From positions 35,340,001-35,404,000 of the forward strand of contig OZ360249.1 of assembly GCA_977017645.1 (NCBI GenBank): DNA of 64,000 nt, read 5' to 3'. Numbering within the stretch: the first letter of the stretch is position 1; every line of letters starts with the position of its first letter. The notes below the pieces were generated by a model. That model was not told where the DNA came from and did not search any database. It saw only the letters and a program-made list of their open reading frames with translations. The position numbers were made by a program, and so were the translations under genes. Below, piece by piece: positions 25,151-37,689 of the stretch. Source of the stretch: Torpedo marmorata (Eukaryota).

Positions 25151-26988
25151 CATTAAAACACCTGGCAGCCTCAAACAACTGGCAAAAAAATCGAGGAAAA
25201 TAAAGTTTAAAAATTAAAATAAATAAGAATAAAATAACAGGTAAAAAATATGTAAGTTTAAAATTGTAAAAGTAAATGTTATCTGAGGTAATACATAAAC
25301 CTTTGGTGAAGATGGGAATGGGAGCAAATATTCAGCTAGTGGATTGCCTTGGTTGTGCTTTGCTTGGAGCAGCTGTTTGAATAAATTTGTGTGAAACAGC
25401 ACTGGCATTGGTCAGGATGAAGAGCTCGAAAACAGCAATTCATACATACAGTTGCTCTTCATCGACTACAGCTCGGCCGTCAATACCATTATTCCCTCAG
25501 TGCTGGTCAAGAAGCTACAAACTCTAGGCCTCTGTACCCCCCTCTGCAACTGGATCCTTGACTTTCTCATCGGAAGACTACAGTCAGTACGAATTGGAAA
25601 CAACGTCTCGACCTCACTGATTATCAACACAAGCGCACCCCAAGGATGCATGCTTAGCCCACTGCTCTACTCGTTATACACCCATGACTGTGTGGCCAGG
25701 CACAATTCCAATGCCATCTACAAGTTTGCGGATGATACCACAGTTGTGGGCAGAATCACAAACGGCAATGAGGAAGCATACAGGAGGGAGATAGATCAGC
25801 TCATTGAATGGTGTAACGACAACAACATTGTACTCAATATCAGCAAAACCAAGGAGATGATTGTGGACTTCAGGAGGAAGTCAGGGGAACATGACCCAGT
25901 CCTCATTGAGGGCTCAGTAGTGGAGAGGGTCAAGAACTTCAAATACCTGGGTGTCAACATCTCTGAAGATCTGTCCTGGAGCCTCCACGTTGATGCAATC
26001 ACAAAGAAGTCTTGCCAGCGGCTATACTTTGTGAGGTGTCTGAGTAGATTCGGTATGTCACCGAAGACTCTCGTAAACTTCTACAGGTGCACCGTGGAGA
26101 GCATTCTGGCTGGTTGCATCACTGCCTGGTATGGAGGTTCCAACTCTCAGGACAAGAATAAACTCCAGAGTGTTGTTAACTCGGCCTGTGACATCACAGG
26201 CACCAGATTTTACTTCATCGAGGACATCTACTCGAGGCGGTGTCTTAAAAAAACAGCATCTGTCCTCAAAGACCTCCACCACCCAGGCCATGCCCTCTTC
26301 ACTCTGCTACCATTGGGAAAAAGGTACAGGAGCCTAAAGTCGAGCACTCAACGGCACAAGGACAGCTTCTTCCCCGCTGCCATCAGATTCCTGAATAATC
26401 AATGAACCAAAGACACTGCCTTACTTTTCGTGCACTATTATTAATATATTTTTTATATTAATGTCGTAAGATTGTAATAATATGAATGTTTTCACTATGA
26501 TGCTGCCGCAAAACACCGAATTTCATGACTTGTTCATGACAATAAACTCTGATTCTGATTCTGGTTGATGCCGCTCGCCATTGGGGTGTCTCACTTGAAG
26601 TGTCTCCTTATCCCTGCTTAGAAAGAGTCGCTCCAGTCAGAGGCTTTATCTGTAAACTTGGGGGAGGGGGGGGTGTTAGTTATCTATAATGTTATTGTTC
26701 ATCTTTCGAGTGGCTCCGTGGCGCGGGAGGAACCTGCAGATGCAGTGACGGTTAAATGTTTTCAAAGAATATGACTGAAAATAAAGTAAAGTGCTTTAAG
26801 GTTTATATATTCATGCAAGTGATGTTTGTTCAGTGTAAGTACAGTATAGTACTTTGTCTTTTAAACAGTTTATTCTCAATGCAAGTGTATTAGTTAGGCA
26901 TTGTAAGAGTAAGTCTCAAGCAACCATAAAATACACTTATCCGGTATCTACCAATCCCCATAAGTGCCGGATACCAGGGGTTTTACTG
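25151..26988. mobile_element. Tigger/pogo-like non-autonomous DNA transposon, interrupted by a LINE
   Basis: TA|CATTAAAACACCTGG ... CCGGATACCAGGGGTTTTACTG|TA. Both ends match the MITE at 62271-62492 in opposite orientation. Confidence 0.7.
25424..26563 (+). mobile_element. 5'-truncated Rex1/Babar LINE (family A)
   Basis: ORF 25452-26405: [37 protein letters not shown] and C-terminus. 3' tail aataaa(ctctgatt)n. Confidence 0.95.
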
Positions 26989-27224
26989 TAATCAGTTTGC
27001 AATGATCAAAATAGATCAGTGTAGCCCAGGCAAGAAGAATGATTCTCTGCAGTTACCAGCTCTGCATGTGGGAAAGTGACAGCACAGGCAAAACCTTCTT
27101 ACAAAACTACACATCAATAATATTCCATGGCAGGGGATGTTAAACTGCTAACAATGGCAGGTTTTGAAACTCCTGTCACTTCAGCTTCAATTTCTTTGGG
27201 TGCATATGTACATTGTACAATGTA

Positions 27225-28060
27225 TAGATTCAAGATTCAAGATCAAGATTCAAGATTTAATTTATTGTCATAGTAATAAGACAGTGTCATATTCCATGAA
27301 ATTTCTTTTTGCCTGCTACAAGGCAGACAAATTCGCCACCGGCAGAAATTGCCGAAGCACCTCTTACATTCCTTACAGCAAAAGAGAGCCCCCCAGAGTC
27401 ACCGCATGTCCATATATTCGCCTCCAGCGCGTCCGCAGCCTCCACAGCCACACAGAGTCCAGTCCAAACCATCGGCAACCCGAGCTCCAGATCCGAACCT
27501 CCAACACGGTCAGGGCGCCCTCGGCACCCCCTCGCATCTCGGTTCCGATACCTGGTACTCCTCCAGCCAGTTCGAGCAAGCCTCCAGCAGTCCGCAGCCC
27601 GGCGTGAGTCCCCCGACATCAGTCTCCATCAGCCCACAGCCTCCGTGGGTTCCTCGCCTCGAGTCGCCAGCAGCCCGCCGCATGCACCGGTCCTTCAGCC
27701 TCAGAGCCCCTCACTGGTCCGCCACCGTGGTCACCGTCCCGTGGGACGTCTCCTCCGCTTCTCCTTCTCAGACTGGGGGTGATCTTTCCGTCCTATGGTG
27801 CCCTGCTCCAGTCCTCCGCTTCCCCGGAATCTGCAGCCCCTCGTGGCTGCCGCCGGTTAAAGGCGCTGCCATCTTGGGCGCAGACCCCGCGGTCGCGGGA
27901 TCTCAAATAAAACCACCGTCGGCTCCTTTAACGGGCCGTTCAAAGCTCGTGCGGAAACTACGGCAGTCGACTGGGCAGCTGGACCTCGCGGGAGCGCTGT
28001 ATCTCCGCTCCCACACTCCCCGCGTGTCCGCACCAGCGGCTCCGGCAATGCTGCCATTCT
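27225..28060 (-). mobile_element. ~830-bp GC/CpG-rich non-autonomous retroelement (family D), younger copy
   Basis: Colinear with 12672-13482. Tail (CAAGATT)n on the + strand, head ...GCTGCCATTC. Many CpGs retained. Confidence 0.75.
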
Positions 28061-28344
28061 TCAACAATAACCTTATTATCATATGTGAATGTTACAAGTT
28101 TTTAGATTGTCTGTGTACTATAGATATTCAGGGAAATTAATGTTGATAAATGAACCCTATCATCTACACAAAAAAATCTGAAGATTGCTTGACAAGTAAG
28201 CATGTAGTTTAGATCTGCATTATATTGGTGCAGTCTTTCATGGATACTGCATGCCAGCTCCAATGCTGAATCTCCTCTGCAGGACATATGCAGAACTGTT
28301 TAACCCATTTCACTTCTGCTCAAGAACCGAGGTCACTACCAACT

Positions 28345-28772
28345 TTAATCACTGAGTCACCCTCCTCCCCAACGATGTGATCCAGCGGGATTGTCATCTG
28401 AAGATGGCACGCAAAATCATTGAGGACCCCTTCCACCTCACACACAACATCTTTCAGCTGCTCCCATCAGGGAAGAGATGCAGGAGTATCAGAGCCAGCA
28501 CCACCAGGCTGAGAAACTGCTTCTTCCCACAAGCAGTGAGAATACTGAACGACCAAAAGGACTGCTCACACTAACCATCCAAGACTCTAGAATTCACAAA
28601 ACAATATTTATTTATTTGTATATTTGAATACTTGTCCTGCATATGTATTGTTTGTCTGTATGTGTGTTATGTCTAGTTGTGTGTCTGCGTGTTTTGCACC
28701 GAGGACCAGAAAACGCTGTTTCGTCGGGTTGTACTGTGCAATCAGATGACAATAAACATGCCTTGACTTGTC
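28345..28772 (+). mobile_element. Rex1/Babar LINE 3' end (family C)
   Basis: ORF 28377-28574 (KIIEDPFH...LLPSGKRCRSIRASTTRLRNCFFPQAVRILN) plus the 3' UTR and tail. Confidence 0.85.
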
Positions 28773-29129
28773 TTAATGAACTGCAGTAGGCTGATGACAC
28801 TCGCAGACATGGACATTTGGAGGACAAGCTCCTAGTCCATCATCAACTCATTCAATGAAGGAAATGAGTGACCAATCCTTGCACTTCACATCTGCAAAAC
28901 AAAAGTCCTTACCAAGATGATCCACTGTACAACTCTGACAATAAAATCCCACAACATGACTCTGAACATGGGCAGCTTCCTATAATTCAAGAGTTACATC
29001 AGTAGGAATGGACATAGATGCTGAAATTGACCATTGCCAAATGTGCACCAATCCAGACTTTGTCCATCTGATGAAAGAGAGGGAAAAAGATTGTCTGAAG
29101 ATTAGGACCGCTAATCTCATGGTCTCCAA

Positions 29130-30133
29130 GGCATAGAGTTATAACATGGGAACAACTTTTTGTGCTAATTCATCCACGCCGACCAAGGTGTTTTCCTGAG
29201 CTTGTCCTGTTTGCGTGTATTTGGTCCATATCCCTCAAAACCGTTTCTATCCAGTTACCTCTTCAAATATATATTGTTTAATGTTGTAATTGAACCTGCC
29301 TCCACCACACATGACACCTCATTGCATTTACCTACCATCCTCTTTTGTGGAAAACTTGTCCCTCAGGTCCCATTTAAATATTTCCCTCTCATCTGCTCTA
29401 TTTTTTGATCCCCCCCCCCCCCACTACCCTGAGAGAAAGTCCTATCTGTATGCCTCAAGATTTTATAAACCTCATCATCCTTTGCTCCAGAGTTATAATC
29501 CCAGCCAATCCAATCACTCCTTAATTCAAATACCCCAGATCCTGGCAACATCCTTTTGAATATTTTCTGCAACCTTCAGCATTATTGCAGCCATCCTATT
29601 GTATGGTAACCAGAATTGTACACAATATTTTGTGTGGTCTCACCAAAATCATGTACCGGTGTATTGCGATGTCCCAATTCTAGTTTCAGTGGCCTCTCTG
29701 ATGGAAGGAAGCATGTCACACACCTTCTTCACCACTGTGTTTGCCCGTGTTGTCACTTTCACAGATCTACGTACTTCCTTTAAATTTACAGCATGGTAAC
29801 AGGTCATTTCGGCCCAGGAGCCCATGGCGCCCAATTACACCGAATCAACCTACAACCCCCGGTACGTTTTGAATGGTGGAAGGAAAGCGGAGCACCTGGA
29901 GGAAACCCACACAGACATGAGGAGAACGTACAAACTTTTTACAGACAGTGCGGGAGTCGAACCCCAGTCCCGATCGCTGGCACTGTAACAGCGTTGCGCT
30001 AATGGCTACGCTAACCATGCCACCTTCCTTAGGTCTCTCTGTTCTATTACACTCCCAGGGTCTTGTCATTCACTGTGTGTCCTTCCCTAGTTCAACTTTC
30101 AAAAATGTATAACTTTACACTTGTCCAAGTTAA
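29130..30133 (-). mobile_element. Decayed CR1 3' fragment, split by a SINE
   Basis: catagag...ggtccatatccctc.aaacc...gaacctgcctccacc...cctggcaacatcctt...ccagaattgtacacaata is similar to 57955-58700. Confidence 0.65.
29779..30024 (-). mobile_element. tRNA-derived V-SINE
   Basis: Reverse complement of the SINE at 59699-59953 (tRNA head, V-domain, tail). Confidence 0.88.
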
Positions 30134-30829
30134 AGAACCAGCAGTCACCCTGACCTCCTTAATGCTTATGAGACGTGGACTGGAGATATACCATCAACTC
30201 TGTCTCTGCAAAATCTTCCGAATCCAGTGTTAGGATGTAAACTACAATTAGCATAATCTCAAGTCCAAATTCCTCAGCAGTGAGGGTCTAATCATACCCA
30301 GTCAGCTCAGAGCAGATGGACATACCATGCCTGAAACCGTTTCAAAACTGACATTCGTTGAGTTATGTCACGTCAAACAATACTAGGTAGACAGAAGAAA
30401 AGATTTAAGGAGCTCCTCAAAACTTCCTTGTAATTGTGTCACCTATTGAAAATACTGACTCATGGAAATGGAAAGGAAGAAGAATTCGAGATGGCACTGC
30501 AAATTTTGAGTCTATCAGAAGGCCAATGCAAGTGGCTAATTCCAAAGGAACCAACCACCTGCTCCATTAAACAACATCTGCTCCACCTGGAGCAGAGCAC
30601 GTAGACTCTGCATTGGCCTTCTGAGTCTCCTCAGAATCTACTGAACAGGAAATAAGTCATCCTCGATATTGAGGAAGTGCCTGAGAACACTGTGCAGACA
30701 AAGTGTTTGGAGATTAGTATAGTGGTGTTATAGGTCTTCAAATTTGCTTTGACTGTGATTGAAACAAAAAAAACCCCAGAAAATACAGGAAATTATTAGT
30801 CGGCCAGGAAGCAACAATGAAAAGGAAAA

Positions 30830-31027
30830 TAAAAACACAAAGCTGGAGAAACTCAGCAGGTCAAACAGTGTACTTTATATAGCAAAGATAAAGATACATA
30901 ACCAACATTTTGGGCTTGAGCCCTTTATCAAGGTATGACAAAATGTAGGCAGGTGCCCGAACAAAATGGTGGGGTGAAGGGCAAGGGGAGGAGCATAGTC
31001 CCAAAGGCAGAAGGTTATAGGTGGATT
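30830..31027 (+). mobile_element. Penelope-like fragment, left part (continues at 36014-36170)
   Basis: gctggagaaactcagcaggtcaaacag...gggcttgagccctttatcaagg followed by a purine-rich tract. Same family as 7630 and 17460. Confidence 0.7.
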
Positions 31028-31236
31028 CGTGTAGTGCTACCACCAGGAGGAGTCAGAGACGAGTTGGTGTTGCATCTTGGGAAACCTGTTGCATCTTGGG
31101 TAAGAATCAAGATGGATGTCTCCACATGAGGTCCTGTTTGTGTGTGTTGTGTTCTTAGTGCTGTTTGCTTTAGTTCATCAATGTAGTTGTTCAAAAAGAA
31201 CCCAAGTTTCTTTATTGTAATAGAAGAAAAATCACA

Positions 31237-31251
31237 TGGTACCAGGAGTGG
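31237..31251 (+). promoter_or_regulatory. Primer-binding site, complementary to the 3' end of tRNA-Leu(UAA)
   Basis: TGGTACCAGGAGTGG directly after the LTR's CA. Vertebrate tRNA-Leu(UAA) ends ...CCACTCCTGGTA-CCA (from memory). Confidence 0.8.
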
Positions 31252-31354
31252 AAGAAACAGCCAAGAGTGGAAGAAACACCAGTGGTGTGCACAGGAGTGG
31301 AAGAAACACCAGGAGTGTGCAAAGTGTGTAACAGTCGATATCTGCTGAGAAAAT

Positions 31355-34300
31355 ATGGAGAGTTTAAAAGCTCCTGATGCTGTAAAATGGACTGGAAATG
31401 TCGACCATGAGTGGAGGTTGTTTAAAAAAAGATTCATGCTGTACCTGCAACCCATTGGAATCGATAGAAAACCGGATACACGGAAGATTGCACTGCTACT
31501 TACCGTGGCGGGACCTAAAGCTCTAGAGGTTTTCAACACATTTGTTTTTGCCGAGGTAGAAGACCAGAGCAAATTCGACAAGGTTATTGAGATGTTTGAT
31601 GAACACTGTTCACCAAAGAAAAATGAAACCTTCGAGAGGTACATGTTTTGCTCGCGCATGTAGCTGCAGGGAAAGAGCTTTGATACTTTTTTTAACAGAC
31701 TTAAAATTAAAAACAAGAACATGCAATTTTGGACCGCTGCAAGATTCAATGATCCGTGATCAAATTGTGTTCGGAACTATTGATAAGAAAGTGAGAGAGA
31801 GGTTGCTGCGAGAGGCAGAGCTTACCTTAGCTGGAGCTGTGAAGATATGCCACGCCAGTGAATTAGCTCTTCAGCACGCGAAAAAGTTTTGTGATATTGT
31901 AAAAGCCAGTGAAAATGAAGGCATAGTCGTAGCCACAGTATCTGGACATACACACAAACAAAATATGAGATATAGGAAATAACAAAAAGATGGAGAGACA
32001 TTCAATTGTAAACGATGTGGCACTAAACGTGCGCCAAAGCTATGCCCAGCCTATGAAAAAGTTTGTAATAAGTGAAAAGGGCAGAATCACTATGCAAAGC
32101 AATGTTTTTCCAAAGTGAAACAAGACAGAAGTAAAAGTTTACACACTATAGAAGAAACTGCTCTCAGTGATACACTTTTCGTGGGCACGGTAATGCAAGA
32201 AGTGAACAGTGTCGAGCAGGATAAGTGGACTGTGTCATTGCATACAAATGGAACAAATATTCCTTTCAAGCTGGACACAGGGGCAAAGGTCAATTTGATC
32301 TGTGAGTGCGACATCAGGGCAATGAAGATAAAGCCATACATCCATGCAAATCCTGTACTGCTGAAAGCCTACAATGGACAGAGCATCAACACGAAAGGTA
32401 CATGTAAACTCAAGGTGAAAGTTAAAGATAAAGAGCACCACCTCAGGTTCACAGTAGTCCCAGATGGACTACTTGGTGACAAAGCATGTGAAAACTTAAG
32501 CCTAGTCGAGAGGGTGTACAACATTAACAGTGACAATACACAGAACAGCTTAGAGGAAATACTGGATCAATTTCCAGACATCTTCAAGGGGTTTGGAGTC
32601 CTACCATTCACCTATAAGACACAGTTAAAGGAGGACGCACAGCCAGTAGTACATGCCCCGAGGCGAGTTCCAGCGGCACTAAAAGAAAAGCTCAAGCAGG
32701 AACTCGACCGAATGATGGCACTGGGGGTCATAAAGAAAGTGGAGCAGCCCACAGAATGGGTGAATTCAATGGTGTGTGCCAAAAAGAAGAACGGTGACCT
32801 ACGCGTGTGCATGGACCCAAAAGACTTGAATGCCAATATAAAGAGGGAACATTATCAGATTCCGACCAGGGATGAAATTACAAGTGAGATGGCTGGTGCA
32901 AAGTTTTTCACTAAATTGGATGCATCCCAGGGCTTCTGGCAAAGAAAACTGCATGAAGATAGCACACAATACTGTACATTTAATACACCGTTTGGCCAAT
33001 ACTTCTGGCTGAGTATGCCTTTTGGAATTTCCTCAGTTCCGGAATTGTTCCATAGGACAATGGAGCACATCATAGAAGGCATAAATGGGGTATGTGTGTA
33101 CATGGATGACATGATCCTATGGAACAACACAACAAGAGGCTCATCAAAGTGCTACAACGCATCCAGAAGTACGGATTAAAGTTAAACAGAGAAAAATGTC
33201 AGTTTGGTGTGAAGGAAATCACCTTTCTGGGAGATAAACTGTCAGAGGCAGGTGTGGAGCCAGACAAGAGCAAGGTGAAAGCAATTTTAGAGATGCCCAG
33301 ACCCATTGACAAAAAAGGCGTATTGAGAGTGCTGGGAATGATCAATTTCATTGGTAAATTCATACCAAACCTGTCTTCCAAAGCAATGGACCTAAGGAAG
33401 TTGTTACAGGACAAATGTGAAATCAAGTGGACAGACAACCACGAGGAAGAATGGGGACGACTGAAGACCATTCTAACTACAGAACCAGTGCTTTTGACAT
33501 TCTTTGACACATCAAGAAGGACAAAAATATCTACAGACGCTTCAAAAGATGGAATAGGTGCCGTACTACTTCAGGCTGTGGGAGAAGATTGGAGGCCAGT
33601 AGCATACGCATCAAGGACGATGACAACATCTGAATATCAATATGCACAGATCGAGAAAGAGTGTCTTGGTCTGGTCTATGGACTCGAGAAATTTGACAGT
33701 TATGTGTATGGTCTACCAACATTCGTGGCAGAGACAGACCACAAGCCATTAATAGCGATAATCAAGAAAAATCTCAGTGAAATGTCACCGAGAATCCAAA
33801 GACTGATGATGAAGCTACATCGTTATGACTTTGAATTGGTGCACACACCAGGGAAACTTATTGTGTTAGCTGATGCGTTATCCAGGGCAACGACGCAGAG
33901 TGAAGCACACAATGAGAGTTCCACAGAGACAGATGTGAATCTCCACGTGAATCTGATCACTGAATCTCCTCCCGTATCTGACATGAAATCCAAGCAGATC
34001 GCAGCTGAAGCAGAAAAGGACACAGTTCTACAGAAGGTTATCAAGAATCTGAATGAAGGATGGCCTAGAGGTGAATGTCAGCCATACTACAACATCAGAG
34101 CTGAGCTGAGTGTTGTCAATGAGCTTCTACTCAGAAATCATATTTATCATGAAATAAAGGAGTTCACCAAGGATTGAGGTTACCAGAGAAATGGTTAAAC
34201 ATTCATTCCAACACTCTGCAAATATGGGCGCCATATTTTCCAAAATATATGGTATCTATTCCTTAAGCTATATGTAATTTTCTCAAGTGGTATACAACTA

Positions 34301-35769
34301 TGAATTTTCGCATTCCATCTCTCCATTCCTAAGTCTGTATCTGATTTCCAAGTTATAGCAATACATTTCCTAGATACTGCTAAGGCAATTTTTACAAACT
34401 TTATTTGATACATATTTAATTTTAATTAAAGAATTCTGGAAAAGGACTCTCTTGACAATCTCTGGTCTTTCTTCTTACATCTTGTATCTTTTTTATTCTT
34501 TCTTCCTTCTTTCTTTGGGCTTTAGGGGGAGGGGGTGGGGGGAGTGGGATATATATATATATATCACATGTATAATGGATTAGACTATTTTAAAGATTTG
34601 TATTGTAAATTCTATTTGGTGGTTAAAAAATTAAAAAAATATATTAAAAAAAAGAGCTTCTACTCAGACAGAGCAGAATTATCATTCCTCAATCACTGCG
34701 ACAAAAGATGTTGAAAAGGGTGCATGAGGGGCACCTTGGAATGGAGAAATGAAAGAGGAGGGCCAGAACTGCTGTTTATTGGCCATGGATAAATGCTGAC
34801 ATTGACAGAATCATTTCAAGCTGTGAGACCTGTTTGAAACATCATGCAAAGCAGGCAAAGGAACCCATGATAATAACTGACGTACCAGCAGAACCATGGC
34901 AGAAGGTTGGGACTGATCTGTTCTACATGGATGGAAATAATTACTTGCTGGTTATTGATTATCTATCGAACTATCCGGAGATACCGCTGCTTCCTAGCAT
35001 ATCTGCTGCTTGTGTGATCAAATATATGAACTCGATTTTTGCAAGACATGGAATGCCTCAAATTGTCTACAGTGACAATGGACCATGCTACAGCTGTAGA
35101 GAAATCCGGAACTTTGCAGAAGAGTATGATTTTCGACATGTGACTTCAAGTCCTCTGCATTCACAGTCAAACGGTAAAGCAGAGAAAGAAGTGCATATAG
35201 TTAAACAGTTGCTCAAGAAAGCACAAGACAGTGGCTCAGACCCGTATCTAGCTCTATTGAGTTACAGAGCTTCGCCACTTGAACATGGCATGTCACCCGT
35301 CGAGCTTCTGATGGGACGTAGACTATGCACCGCACTTCCCTACTCTGCAGACCCAAACAAGAACAGAGATGTCGAAGATGCCAAATGGAAACAAAAGCGT
35401 CTGCAAGGGAGACAAAAAGCAGACTATGACAAGTCAGCGAGAAGCATAGGGCCACTGGCACAACATGACACAGTGAGACTCAGAGATTCCAACACTTGGG
35501 ACAAAAAGGTTACTGTTCTGGAGGAAGTAAATCCAAGATCCTACACTGTCAGAACAGAGGATGGTCAAATACTGAGGAGGAATCTAAAGAGCCTGCTGAA
35601 AATGCAAGAGATACTGCAGGAACAGACAGATGCAGAAGATGCAGCCTGCACAGCAACAGAGGAAACACCACCAGTGCTCGACAGTAGTAGACCAGCAGAG
35701 CCGACACAAGCACCTGTGTTAAGAAGATCCACACGTGTTATCAAAGCACCTGACAGACTGAATCTCTAA
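31355..35769 (+). pseudogene. gag-pol: Gypsy gag-pol with frameshifts, stops and an L1 insertion
   Basis: Gag (MESLKAP...KIALLLTVAG, RDQIVFG) with a degenerate double Cys/His knuckle at ~32005-32105; protease FKLDTGA; RT (LRVCMDP, KLDASQGFWQ, YMDD); RNase H (TDASKDGIGAVLLQ, YAQIEKE); integrase (PWQKVGTDLF, SDNGP, QSNGKAE), ending APDRLNL*. Confidence 0.93.
34136..34653 (+). mobile_element. 5'-inverted (twin-primed) L1/Tx1 insertion inside the Gypsy pol
   Basis: 15-bp TSD GAGCTTCTACTCAGA at 34121-34135 and 34654-34668. ORF2 C-terminus on the minus strand (34195-34413); 3' UTR and A-rich tail on the plus strand (~34430-34653). Confidence 0.9.
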
Positions 35770-36013
35770 AAGAAAAAGAACTGCACACTTAAAAAGTTTG
35801 TGTTGCTGATGTTGTGTTTAGGTTTGTGTTGAACTTTAAATTGAAATGAATACTGTATTAATGTGTCATGTTAGATTAAACATCTCAAAGAAAGGGGATG
35901 TAGCGATAGAGTGCTACCACCAGGAGGAGTCGGAGACGAGTTGGTGTTGCATCTTGGGAAACCTGTTGCATCTTAGGTAGAATCAAGATGGATGACTCCA
36001 CATGAGGTCCTGT

Positions 36014-36170
36014 CAAAGGCAGAAGGTAATTGGTAGATTAGGGAGGGAGGTCACACCAGCAAACAGGGGGAGGGGGAAGGCTCTGTGAATGGAGTGGAGA
36101 GTTGGAGGAAGAAGACAAAGGGAATGGGAAGGGAGGGAGAATGGAGAGTAGGCTAGCAGAAACCAGAAAA
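36014..36170 (+). mobile_element. Penelope-like fragment, right part
   Basis: Purine-rich tract with ggctctgtgaatggag, as at 7870. Confidence 0.65.
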
Positions 36171-36829
36171 GGAAAATAAAGTCTGTACTTCAAAGTTGAT
36201 GGCATTCCATTCACTGAGACTGAAAATCATCAGAAAATGAAGCTACAACCTTCTCAATGGTTAGAAAAAAATACATCTATGAATTAAGTGGGTTCTTGAA
36301 TACTAATTTCACCTCAACAAGACTGACAAATAGCAATCAGGTTAATGACCAGAATCATCTATCCTGCCAATGCTGGTTCAGACACTAATGACTTGAAGTG
36401 AACAAAGCACTCTCTTCATCAAATTGCACCATGGGATCCTTTGCTTCAAATAACAGCTTCTCGGACAGTGCAGCTGTTCTTCAGTAGTACATGGAAGTGT
36501 CAGCCGAGATTATGCTCTCGAATCCACAGAGATCCCCCAATCTCTTACATTCAAGCCTCAGAAGTGAACCAACGATGACACAAAATTAAAAGCCTTTCAT
36601 TGGCAGTTTTCAGATCTCGGAGTGATAAAACTTCTTTCCTTACTTGCAAAATGGGACTACACAAAACATTGGCAAAAAATCTTTTAATGATGCATTTTTT
36701 TCTTGATTTCTTTGTGGATTTGCATGTCATTAATAGTGCTCATCCCGATATTTCTTATTTCATTTGGATGATGATTAGGAGTCAGTCGCATGACTGTGCA
36801 TCTGAAGTCACATTTTGGACAGGCTACAT

Positions 36830-36979
36830 CAGTGGTTCTCAACCTTTTTTCCACTCACATGCCACCTTAAGTAATCCCTTACTAACCACAGAGCACCTAT
36901 GGCATAGGCTGTGCTCTGTGGTCAGTAAGTGATTACTTAAGGTGGTATGTGAGTGGAAAGAAAACAGTCGAGACCCCTG
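36830..36979. mobile_element. Palindromic hAT MITE
   Basis: CAGTGGTTCTCAACC...GAGACCCCTG; degenerate TSD GGCTACAT / GGCAAGAT. Confidence 0.85.
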
Positions 36980-37689
36980 GGCAAGATAAAAGTACTGGTT
37001 TTCATTCAATAAATAAAATTAGTAAATTGAGTAAATTTTCAAAACAATTCAGTGATTCCTTGCTTGCACTAGGATTTTGTCTTACTAAATTTAAATTCCT
37101 CAGCCACAGCGAGGTGATTTGAATTCATTTCTCTGAAGTCCTAATTCAGTAACATAACTATCACAGCACCACACTGACATTCAGGTCTCTGTGTATACTT
37201 CTTTTGATTTTCTTGACCTTTGTGTTCCAGCAGTAACTCTACATGAAAAGGGACTCATGTGATTCATGTGTTTAGTAATTGATGCGTCAGATCACAGAAT
37301 TAACAATTGTAACAGTTTATTTAAAAGGAATACTGTTAATTCCTGGAAGAGCCTGCCTTTACTCTCTTTTCTAATATGCTAATATGCAAGCATTTATATT
37401 CCTTGATTTCTTTTCAGAAAAATAAATCCAGAAATCATGAGTTGTGAAACAAAATGTTCACAACTGTCAATCATCATTTGGCATGTGATATACCCAGTGG
37501 CCAATAAAACTGAAATCAAAAATTATGGACTGTAGAAAAATTAAATGGGGAAACATACATGTCTCAAGTACAGATCATAAAAAGAGAGAATGTTTCCCTT
37601 TTGGCTCTAGGTTCAACTCCAGTTATGAAATATCCTCACACCTGTTTCAACAGTTTTTTAATAAAACAATTAGGATAATTCAGTCAGGT

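Larger units (their letters stand above)
28780..30690 (+). mobile_element. Old RTE-clade LINE remnant, with nested CR1 and SINE insertions at ~29130-30130
   Basis: Decayed RT end (ELQ*ADD at ~28778, IDAEIDH-like at ~29013) and an RQKKRFKELLKTSL-like C-terminal motif at ~30388-30430. Confidence 0.5.
31030..36013 (+). mobile_element. Near full-length Ty3/Gypsy retrotransposon (Mag / K02A2.6-like), defective
   Basis: 5' LTR 31030-31236 (TG..CA), PBS, gag-pol, PPT 35887-35898 (AAAGAAAGGGGA) and truncated 3' LTR 35899-36013. The LTRs differ by about 3 substitutions and 2 indels in the shared part. Confidence 0.95.

Noticed and set aside
27164-28140. Several overlapping 110-263 aa ORFs
   Set aside because: Pro/Ser/Arg-rich by-products of a GC-rich repeat; frames are not conserved in the second copy at 12672-13482.
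31241-31320. Short direct repeats resembling a CRISPR array
   Set aside because: No unique spacers of uniform length, eukaryotic retrotransposon context, no cas genes.
31015-31749. 244-aa minus-strand ORF
   Set aside because: Antisense to the Gypsy LTR/gag, with no recognisable domain.
37385-37500. Polypyrimidine tract + CAG, a possible splice acceptor
   Set aside because: No convincing downstream exon or donor; such motifs arise by chance in AT-rich DNA.
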